From positions 7,410-71,409 of the forward strand of contig JALNXD010000015.1 in assembly GCA_023230565.1 (NCBI GenBank): DNA of 64,000 nt, written 5' to 3'. The position numbers were made by a program, and so were the translations under genes. The stretch's first letter is position 1. The number at the start of each line of letters is the position of its first letter. Shown piece by piece: positions 26,559 through 34,772 of this stretch. Origin of the DNA: Syntrophales bacterium. GTDB taxonomy: Bacteria; Desulfobacterota; Syntrophia; Syntrophales; UBA2210. The notes beneath the pieces are model-generated. The model was not told the DNA's origin and made no database searches. It was given only the letters and a program-made list of their open reading frames with translations.

Positions 26559-26810
26559 GAGAAGAGCAAAAATTATCCCCCAAATGCCTGACAAAAGGAG
26601 TATGCTTGAAAACACTTTCAAAACGAATGGCGGCATCCAATTGAAATCGACACCGAATCGATTGCTCCATGAAACTATCCTAGCTTTCCATAGTTCAGCA
26701 CCTTTCCTAAAACATACCCAATACCATCCAGCGAATACACAGATGAAGTAAGCTATTGCAAACACTAAAGGCGGCGTACTCATAAGTCTCGACGATGTTT
26801 CCGTTCTCAT
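26550..26810 (-). CDS. Small two-TM protein, possible remnant immunity gene of a deleted toxin tip
   Basis: Hydrophobic helices FAIAYFICVFAGWYWVCF and SILLLSGIWGIIFALLG. It sits where the third Rhs fragment loses homology. The real start is unclear and it may be an N-terminally truncated remnant. Confidence 0.3.
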   Translation of the reverse strand: MRTETSSRLMSTPPLVFAIAYFICVFAGWYWVCFRKGAELWKARIVSWSNRFGVDFNWMPPFVLKVFSSILLLSGIWGIIFALLGE

Positions 26811-27480
26811 CGGTCAGGGCCGTCACACTGTACTGCCGATCTTTGAGGTAGTAGTAACGGTTCCCGGCATTGTCTTCCATCATGATCGGGTCATCGATGT
26901 AGAGGCCATAGACAAAGAACCGCTGGAACTGACCGTTCTTGTACTCTGCGATCACCTGGCCCCCGTCGTAAACGTAAGTAATTATTTGACCGGTATTTTC
27001 AAGAAACTTTGAAACCAGCCTGTTCAGGGCATCGTACCTGTATGTCGCAATGACGGATCCTGACAAGTCCTTGACCGCAACCAGCCGATTCGCCCAGTCG
27101 TACTCGTAGGTCTTAGCGCCATCTGAAGTCATGTTGCCCCTTGCGTCATAGCCCGGGGTCATGCACGTAACATTTGAATATTCGTTTACCTCGTTCGGAA
27201 CCCGCTCCTCCGGACTGCCGTTCTGATTCGCATAGGCCCAGTTTTCCACAGGATCATGCTGCCATTGCACGGTATCTGCAGTTCCTTTCTGTTCAAATGT
27301 CAGACGATTCAGGTCGTTTTAGGTCTTTTCGATCCGCCTGCCGTCCTGCGTTTCGGCAATGACCCTGTGGAGCGGGTCGTATTCGAATGCCGCGGCATGG
27401 GTCTGACGGCCTTCATTGGCATTGGCGGCGCCCGTCATACGGGAGAGCGCATCGTACTGGCAAAAAGCAAGACCTGACCC
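26765..27480 (-). pseudogene. Third Rhs core fragment (internally deleted, 3'-truncated, contains a stop)
   Basis: ORF 26707..27270 reads QWQHDPVENW...YEYDWANRLVAVKDLSGSVIATYRYDALNR...YYYLKDRQYSVTALTDENGNIVETYEYAAF, then homology stops. Upstream, 27270..27480 encodes YDALSRM...FEYDPLHRVIAETQDGRRIEK, a stop, then NDLNRLTFEQ. This implies a deletion relative to the main gene. Confidence 0.7.
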
Positions 27481-27866
27481 TAACTGCTCTCCGGCTTCGG
27501 TTTTTTTCTGAAAATCGTCGCCCTGTTGCCAGCAAACGCAGGATTGACAACCCGCTTACGCCAGTTTTTATCAAACCGCGAATCCTGCGTAAATTGAGAG
27601 ACAAGATCCGAAAATCCCTCCATTTCTTCATTAACCTCGACATTCTGACCACTTTCAAGCGTAATTTCAAAACAGATCAGATCAACTGTTCCAAGATCTC
27701 TTTTGAATGCCGAAATTTTTTTTACTTCAACATAAGGAATCGAAACTATGATATTACCATTTTGAGAAATGGCGAACATCTCTCCCTTAACTTGAATGCA
27801 TGTTTGACTCAATTTGAAAACCCTACTAGCAAAGTGGTATAGTTTGCTTATCAATTTCGTTAGCAT
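27480..27866 (-). CDS. Candidate cognate immunity protein of the main Rhs toxin (128 aa, no recognised family)
   Basis: It is the first ORF after the Rhs stop (18-nt gap), on the same strand, and AT-rich like the toxin tip. The call is positional only. It has no TM segment. Confidence 0.45.
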   Translation of the reverse strand: MLTKLISKLYHFASRVFKLSQTCIQVKGEMFAISQNGNIIVSIPYVEVKKISAFKRDLGTVDLICFEITLESGQNVEVNEEMEGFSDLVSQFTQDSRFDKNWRKRVVNPAFAGNRATIFRKKPKPESS

Positions 27867-27884
27867 AGAATGACTTTCATAAAT

Positions 27885-30800
27885 CTAAGGGTTGTTGATA
27901 AAATCGTAAATCGCTATTCCAAGTTTTCTACCTAAATAACCGCCCGCAGTTGCCCCAGCAACACTACCAGCTGCAGTTCCTGCAACTGGCGTGACAAAAC
28001 TACCCCCAATCGCACCAACAATTCCACCACCTACACAACCCAAAAGCCCAATGCTTACTTCAGCAAGTTCTCGATAAGGATTCGGCGAAGCGTATACTTG
28101 ATAAGCATCGTATCCTACACCTGCTATCAGAAGAACCGGACCAGCAATTCTAAATGCACCCCCTACACTGTTTACAATATTATTGCTGATATTCGCCGAC
28201 CCCAGAGAGTTCGGATGGGGGCCAAGGCCCGGACGGATGGCCTCAATTGGCCTGCGAACTAAGGGTGGTGTTTGTTCTCGAATTGCCTGTTTGAGTGCTG
28301 TCCGTCCTAATGAGTCATTTGGATCAAGCAAAGCTACTCCAGTTTCATATCGAGCTCTTGCAAGGCCGGCATCGCTGATTTGCTGTCCAATTGAAATTGC
28401 AATATCGGCAACTGCATCAAGAGCTATATTTCCAGTTAATGATTCTCTATACTCATCATTCCAATATAAAGATTGATATTCATTCACCGCCGTCAACCCC
28501 TCCGGATCAAGATACCGCAAGGGATTGTTCCTCACGTAGGCATAGAGGTTCAGTCCGTCCGCATAGCCTGCGGGGTCGCGCTGCATGAAGCGGCCCAGTT
28601 TTGCCGAGTACATGCGGTTCCGGTAGTACCAGAGGCCCGATTCGCCATCCCAGCGCCTGCCCGTGTAGCCGTAGGGATTGCCGACTGTACTTTCAATGAT
28701 CGTACCTCCCTGGCCATCAAGGATCGTCATCAGGCCGAAGGCGGTGTATTCGTAGGTCTCGACGATGTTCCCGTTCTCATCAGTCAGGGCCGTGATGCTG
28801 TACTGCCGGTCTTTAAGGTAGTAGTAACGGTTCCCGGCATTATCTTCCATCATGATCGGGTCATCGATATAAATGCCATAAACGAAGGACTGCCGGAACT
28901 GGCCGTCTTCGTATTCCTCGATCACCTGGCCGCCGTTGTAAATGTAGGCGGTCGTGTGACCCCCATATGATTTTGTAACCCGCCTGTTCAGTGCATCGTA
29001 CGTGTATGTCGCAATGGTCGATCCATACAAGGTGTTTACCTTGATCAGTCTGTTGGCCCAGTCATACTCGTATCGTTTCGACGCATCCCGTGTCATGTTA
29101 CCCCTGTCGTCATAGGTTGGAGTTGCGGCCGTTATGCTCGTATATTCATTTACTGCGTTTGCCGTGCGCGATTCCTGATTTCCGTTCTGATTCGTGTATG
29201 TCCAGTTCCCCTCAGGATCATGCTGCCACTGAATCGTATCCATCGTACCTTGCTGTTCAATGATCAGACGGTTTAAGTCGTCATATTCATATTGTTTTTC
29301 GTATTGTTCTATCCCAATGAAGGGTATTGTGGAAATAGCACGTTCAATAGCTTCTGAAAGTATGTTGCCCATGCCGTCATAGGTTGTTTCCATACTGTAA
29401 AGGGTGGTGGTGTCAATGTCCGCATAGATCCGATTCCCTTCCATGCCCCGGTCATTATAGGAAAGACTCTTTTCTATCCCGTTGCCCAATGTCATGGCGG
29501 CAACGCGGCCGTTCAGGTTGTAGGTAAAGCCGGCGATACTGTTTTGGGACTGATCCTTGATTGAATCGGGAAGGTTAAGGCCGTTGTATGTGCGGTGAAC
29601 CACAAATCCTCCCGTATCGGGGTATACGAGGTCTTCCGGATTCCCGTTCGCGTCATAAAATTTTTCAACCCGTTTCCCGTCCTGCACCTCGGCCGTCACT
29701 TCATTGAATGCATTGTACTCGAACAATACGGAATGCGTTGCATTGCCTTCATTGTAATCATCGGCAACAATCATTCTGGAAAGCGAATCGTATTCAAAAT
29801 GCCGGGCTTCCTGATTATTCGCATATACATCCGTAAGTCGATTCATATCGTCATACCATTTAGTGATCGTGCTCTCGTCGGGACGTGTTTCCTGAACTAT
29901 ATTACCTGCCTCATCATAGTCGTACGTTGTCACGTCGCCTGCCGCATCTTCCACTCCCACGGGACGGTTCAGGGCATCGTAATAGGTGCGCGTTTCGCTA
30001 CCTCCAGGATCGATCACTGATTTCAGATTACCGTTTGCATCATACGTGTACACTGTCGTTTGCTCTAATGCGTCTATCGTCTTGATCCGGCGTTTGGCCA
30101 AATCATAAAAATGTTTTGTCACTCCGCCCTCCTGGTCCGTCTCCATAACCAGATTGCCAACCCAATCGTATGCGTAACTGCTGCAATTACCGGCAGGATC
30201 GCATTCGAAAATCTTTCGGCCTAGTGCATCGTATTCAAACAGCCACTCTCGTCCTTCGGCATCTTTTCGCTTTTTCAGCAGATTGCGTGAATCATATTCA
30301 TAGGACTTCTCGGCCATCTTTATCCCATCGCTGCCGTACATTTCGACTTTTGTTTTGTTTCCGTTCTTGTCATATTGATTTACTGTGTAATTTCCCTTGG
30401 GTTCGATGAATTCAACGAGTCTGCCCAGCGGATCATACCGGTATTGATAGGTCCGAGCGCCGGTGACGCCATAGTCGAGAGTCTTGGCAACAGGACGGTT
30501 CAGGTTATCATATTCATAGTGCGTTACAACAGGAATGTCGCTGCTCGCATCCTTCAAGGTTCGTATTTCATCGGTCAGGTTGCCGTTGGCATCGTAGAGA
30601 TAGCTGGTGGTGGCGCCTTCCGCATCCGTAATGCTTGTCTTGCGGTTGGCCGCATCATAGGTGTAACTCGTCCTGTTGCCCCTTTTATCTTCTTTCGCTT
30701 CGAGGTTCCCATTTCCATCGTAACTATAGAGGATGGAGTTCTGGTAAGGATCCATCTCCTCGACGAGCCGGTTCATCCCGTCATAGAAGTATCGGAATAC

Positions 30801-33800
30801 GTTGCCGTTTTTATCTTTTTTTCTGATCATGTTGCCCGCCTCGTCGTAGTCGAAGTACTCGCTGCTTCCGAGGGAATCGATTTTTTCGATTACTTCGGCC
30901 CCAGAAACGATGTCCCGGGCCGTATCGTAGATGTTTTCCGTAACGGCACCGTCTGCTGTCACGGTTCTGATCAGTTTCCGGTTCGCGTCATAGTCAAAGA
31001 TCGTTTCATTGCCCAACGCATCGATCACCGCCGTTTTTTGGTTGTAATTATTATACTCGTAGTTCGTCATATACCCAGCGGGGTCTTTTTTGCTTATCAG
31101 ATTGCCATACTCATCGTAACTGAAATATGTCACTTTTCCATTCTTGTCCCTATAGAAGTAAATATTTCCGGAAGAGTTGAACGCTTTATATATCGAGGTG
31201 TATTCATATCCGTAATCGATATTGTAATTATTACCGTATGAATCGTAGGAAAGAGTCGTTATGTTGCCGAGCGCATCGGTTATTATCGTCGGGCTTCCTT
31301 TGTCATTGTAGGCAAGCGATGTGGTGATACCCTTCGGATCGGTAATGGAAGTTGGCTTGTTGATCGCGGCGTCGTATACATAGGTCCAGGCTTCCCCCAG
31401 CGCATTGGTTTTTGAAGTCATGTTACGGTGTGCGTCGTACGTAAAGACAGTAGTGTTGCCGTTCGCATCGGTATGAGAGATCACATTGTGGTTGACGTCA
31501 TAGTCGCTGCACTCGATTGTCCCGTTTTCATTGGTTACCCGGATCACGTCATGCGAGCCGTTCCAGAAAATCTTACGATAATAGCCCTTTTCATTCCAGG
31601 TTTCGGCATAACGGTTGAACCGGCTATATTGAAAATTGAAAGTATTTCCTTTGGCATTGGTATGGTAAGCAACCGTGTCGTTCTTATAGTATCCGATTTC
31701 CAGAAAGTCACCCTTCGGTAGGATGTATTTAATCATATTGTGGTTGTTCGAAGTATTTTCCTGATTCATTAGATACTGATATTCGGTCGTGTTCTCTTCC
31801 AGATCAACAAAAAATCGCAGATCGTCGCCATTACCGTAGGCATCCACGTTATAGTAGTAATAACAAGATCGCCCCGTGAAATCGGTCACGCATTCGATCT
31901 TTCCCCGGGGATTGTAGGCAAAGGTCAATGTGCGGTTAAGTGAATCCTTTATTGCCGATAACCGGTCCGGATGCGCCGCATTGTGATATTCAAAAGACAG
32001 TGAATTGCCATAAGGGTCTTCCTTCTTCACCAACAACCCATCGGCGCTGAACCGATACTTAATCATCGATTTAAAGGCTATCTCAAAGGTACTGTCAACA
32101 TTTTTTACGAGCCTGAAGGTAGTGCCGGCCGGGTATGTATAGCTTCCATCAATAGCCACGGTGCAATAGTGGGGTGCAAGATCCTCATCAAGATACACGA
32201 CATCGCCGTTAACCAGCAGAATCAACGTATCCGCATGATTCCACGCCCACCCGTAACCAAATGGTCCGTTGTAGATCAGCTTACTCATATATTTTCTTTT
32301 CACGGAGAGATCAAAACCACGGGATTTGATTTGAATGTCGGGTTGCTCGTCCTGGTAGAACTCGCCGGTAACGAGATCGACGGGATCGCCCCAGGGCGAC
32401 TGCAGGGCCTCCACGTTTTGATTTACTATATCGATTTTCGCAATATTTGTGCAATCCTCAATCCCGTGTATATTCAGCATATTTTCATGCAAATCTAAAA
32501 TTTCCATATCATTATAAAAGATGCCTTCACTGCTGACGATTTCAACTGGCTCCGCACCGTAATTCGAATCATAGAAATATTCATTTCCCAATAGATCAGT
32601 ATAATTATCAATATAGTATAAATTATCTCCGGCTCCACCGCCGTTATCTCCCCCGAAATTGTAGGCATCGTAATCAGGTCCATTACTTATAAAAAGATAT
32701 CTGTCAATCCCATTGCAAAAAACAGTCTGCACGGGAGTTATAACTGTGGCCCCTCCTTGTAATTCCGAAATTACCGCATCAATGGCAGCCATTTCTGCCC
32801 CGGTACGGTCGGAACCTGTATTTTTATGATAAAAATTCGCAATACTACTCAATTGATTGACATCCGTTAGCTCAACAACCTGAATCCCCTGTTCACGCGC
32901 AAGCATGAGACCTTTTACCGTGCTCAGACTCGGTGTATCCTGCCAATCCTCAAAAATTCGAGCTTCATTATACGAGGAGGGATACATTACGAGGTCCCGG
33001 AAAAAACGATTGAGAGGATCATCCCAGCAAATCTTTTTATAATCCATTATTTTTATAGGCCATCCGGTATTTCCATCATTGTATTCGGCTAATTCAGCCT
33101 TAAAAAAATTCCCAAAGGATTGGGTATCTATACTCCAGCGGGGGTGTACAAGAAATTTTGACTCGCTATCGGAAGAAAATGAATCGGGAGACACATAGAT
33201 CATGGTTGGAGAAAAAGACCAGTTAATTCTTCCATGGAGAAATCCGGTCGATTTCATGACTGCTTCCCGATGCCGCATGAGATATGTCTCCGCCAGAATC
33301 GCCCCTGCGGGCCCCAAAAATGCTTCCCGCATACTCCCCGGCAATGCACCGGAGTCGGACGCCTGAAGGGAGGAAACTGTTTCAAGAGCTTGTTTTAATT
33401 TTGTGACAGTTTTTTCAGATGCGGCGAGCGGGTCGAAGGCCAACGTCATAAAAGTTCCGGCTTTTCTTGACGGCCTGGGACAAAATGCATTGTTATTGTG
33501 ATCAGGCCAATTACAGCCCGGGACAAAAGATTCATTGGATGAAATAGGCTGCCCTTCGGTATCTTGTATATCACCATCAACCATCAGAACAGGTTTGAGC
33601 TGGGCTACTGCCGATATATCGCCACCACTGAAGGCTGCCTGAATTCCTGAGATTCCTCCATACCATGTGATCAGATCTGCATCATTTTGAGTCGCAGGGA
33701 TAAAATCAAGACAAAGGCGCTTCCCGGCAATTTCCGGAAGGTAGAAGATTTGTTGCACTAGAGGGTTCGTGTAACCGGTATCACTCTGGCGATATATGGA

Positions 33801-34688
33801 GAACGTTATGTGGGCACGATCATCATTCCCGATAACCTGCAAATCTTCTTTATTCAAATTATAATTGAAGGAAAAAGGTAAATTACCCGGCAGGATAGAT
33901 GACAGTCGTTTTTCCATATTTTCTTCATAACCTACATCGGCCAATGTTTTACCGGGATGATTCGAGTTCAGGTAAGTCTGAATCTGTTCTTCGTAACGTT
34001 CAAGGGCATTCTTTTGATAATCAACCTCGCCGGCTTTTACCGACCAGTCGCTGTTAAACCCCAGATATCCTTTAAAATCGAAATTGACGTCTATTGGTAT
34101 TTTCCAGCCTGAAGGGGTGGCCCAGACGTTTTGGTCCTGTGTCTCTATCAGTGTTACCGGGAAAAGGTCGATTCCTTGCCCATACCGGATTCTTTTATAC
34201 CATGGCGCCAGGGGAACCCAGCCTTTTCCCTTGTCTCCGCCGTCATCAATCCCCCGATAATTTACCAGTGAAACCCAGGCAATTGCATACGTGCCGCAAT
34301 AGACAACTGAGCCGCTTCCATCAAGAAAGGTCATTTTTACATAACGAGCCGGAATATTTGATATACGAAAAAGAGTTATAATGAGCGAGGAAATATCCCA
34401 ACTGTTACCCCTCTTAGTGAGATATGTCCCGTAAGCACCCAACCGCGAATAATCATATCCATCTTCATATTCTATATTTTCATAGACCCAGTTATAAATC
34501 TTGACGGGATCATTTTCCAATTCCGCAGCCAGCCCTTCAAGTTCCGGGGTAAATTGGCACTCTACGGTTTCCTGAGTATCGGCAGCATCAGGGGGCAAAA
34601 AGGCGAAGACTATTGACGGCATGAGACATATTACTAATAGAAGCGCCACGATTGATACCATTTGTGCATGCAGAAAAAGTTTCCTCAT
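27885..34688 (-). CDS. Rhs/YD-repeat polymorphic toxin, 2,267 aa, Sec signal peptide, degenerate transglutaminase-like N-domain, glycine-zipper C-terminal tip
   Basis: Signal peptide MRKLFLHAQMVSIVALLLVICLMPSIVFA. A transglutaminase-like core lies at ~aa 58-165. The Rhs plug GDPVDLVTGEF (~32350..32405) is followed by many YD repeats (YxYDxxGN/R) and PLRYLDPEGL ending at 28494. The 202-aa tip (27888..28493) ends in GLLGCVGGGIVGAIGGSFVTPVAGTAAGSVAGATAGGYLG. Confidence 0.9.
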   Translation of the reverse strand: MRKLFLHAQMVSIVALLLVICLMPSIVFAFLPPDAADTQETVECQFTPELEGLAAELENDPVKIYNWVYENIEYEDGYDYSRLGAYGTYLTKRGNSWDISSLIITLFRISNIPARYVKMTFLDGSGSVVYCGTYAIAWVSLVNYRGIDDGGDKGKGWVPLAPWYKRIRYGQGIDLFPVTLIETQDQNVWATPSGWKIPIDVNFDFKGYLGFNSDWSVKAGEVDYQKNALERYEEQIQTYLNSNHPGKTLADVGYEENMEKRLSSILPGNLPFSFNYNLNKEDLQVIGNDDRAHITFSIYRQSDTGYTNPLVQQIFYLPEIAGKRLCLDFIPATQNDADLITWYGGISGIQAAFSGGDISAVAQLKPVLMVDGDIQDTEGQPISSNESFVPGCNWPDHNNNAFCPRPSRKAGTFMTLAFDPLAASEKTVTKLKQALETVSSLQASDSGALPGSMREAFLGPAGAILAETYLMRHREAVMKSTGFLHGRINWSFSPTMIYVSPDSFSSDSESKFLVHPRWSIDTQSFGNFFKAELAEYNDGNTGWPIKIMDYKKICWDDPLNRFFRDLVMYPSSYNEARIFEDWQDTPSLSTVKGLMLAREQGIQVVELTDVNQLSSIANFYHKNTGSDRTGAEMAAIDAVISELQGGATVITPVQTVFCNGIDRYLFISNGPDYDAYNFGGDNGGGAGDNLYYIDNYTDLLGNEYFYDSNYGAEPVEIVSSEGIFYNDMEILDLHENMLNIHGIEDCTNIAKIDIVNQNVEALQSPWGDPVDLVTGEFYQDEQPDIQIKSRGFDLSVKRKYMSKLIYNGPFGYGWAWNHADTLILLVNGDVVYLDEDLAPHYCTVAIDGSYTYPAGTTFRLVKNVDSTFEIAFKSMIKYRFSADGLLVKKEDPYGNSLSFEYHNAAHPDRLSAIKDSLNRTLTFAYNPRGKIECVTDFTGRSCYYYYNVDAYGNGDDLRFFVDLEENTTEYQYLMNQENTSNNHNMIKYILPKGDFLEIGYYKNDTVAYHTNAKGNTFNFQYSRFNRYAETWNEKGYYRKIFWNGSHDVIRVTNENGTIECSDYDVNHNVISHTDANGNTTVFTYDAHRNMTSKTNALGEAWTYVYDAAINKPTSITDPKGITTSLAYNDKGSPTIITDALGNITTLSYDSYGNNYNIDYGYEYTSIYKAFNSSGNIYFYRDKNGKVTYFSYDEYGNLISKKDPAGYMTNYEYNNYNQKTAVIDALGNETIFDYDANRKLIRTVTADGAVTENIYDTARDIVSGAEVIEKIDSLGSSEYFDYDEAGNMIRKKDKNGNVFRYFYDGMNRLVEEMDPYQNSILYSYDGNGNLEAKEDKRGNRTSYTYDAANRKTSITDAEGATTSYLYDANGNLTDEIRTLKDASSDIPVVTHYEYDNLNRPVAKTLDYGVTGARTYQYRYDPLGRLVEFIEPKGNYTVNQYDKNGNKTKVEMYGSDGIKMAEKSYEYDSRNLLKKRKDAEGREWLFEYDALGRKIFECDPAGNCSSYAYDWVGNLVMETDQEGGVTKHFYDLAKRRIKTIDALEQTTVYTYDANGNLKSVIDPGGSETRTYYDALNRPVGVEDAAGDVTTYDYDEAGNIVQETRPDESTITKWYDDMNRLTDVYANNQEARHFEYDSLSRMIVADDYNEGNATHSVLFEYNAFNEVTAEVQDGKRVEKFYDANGNPEDLVYPDTGGFVVHRTYNGLNLPDSIKDQSQNSIAGFTYNLNGRVAAMTLGNGIEKSLSYNDRGMEGNRIYADIDTTTLYSMETTYDGMGNILSEAIERAISTIPFIGIEQYEKQYEYDDLNRLIIEQQGTMDTIQWQHDPEGNWTYTNQNGNQESRTANAVNEYTSITAATPTYDDRGNMTRDASKRYEYDWANRLIKVNTLYGSTIATYTYDALNRRVTKSYGGHTTAYIYNGGQVIEEYEDGQFRQSFVYGIYIDDPIMMEDNAGNRYYYLKDRQYSITALTDENGNIVETYEYTAFGLMTILDGQGGTIIESTVGNPYGYTGRRWDGESGLWYYRNRMYSAKLGRFMQRDPAGYADGLNLYAYVRNNPLRYLDPEGLTAVNEYQSLYWNDEYRESLTGNIALDAVADIAISIGQQISDAGLARARYETGVALLDPNDSLGRTALKQAIREQTPPLVRRPIEAIRPGLGPHPNSLGSANISNNIVNSVGGAFRIAGPVLLIAGVGYDAYQVYASPNPYRELAEVSIGLLGCVGGGIVGAIGGSFVTPVAGTAAGSVAGATAGGYLGRKLGIAIYDFINNP

Positions 34689-34772
34689 CGCTTACCTCTT
34701 CGTGATGTTATTGGTTTTGATCATTTTTTAAAGATAACTTCTTATATCTCACTGGTTTGTAGATGATGTTAT

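Noticed and set aside
30375-31241. 288-aa plus-strand ORF, and similar ones at 28473..28970, 29595..30020, 25557..25931 and 32169..32498, inside the Rhs genes
   Set aside because: They are antisense shadows of the long YD-repeat reading frame. Their products are I/V/R-rich and low-complexity with no motifs, whereas the opposite strand has unmistakable Rhs homology.
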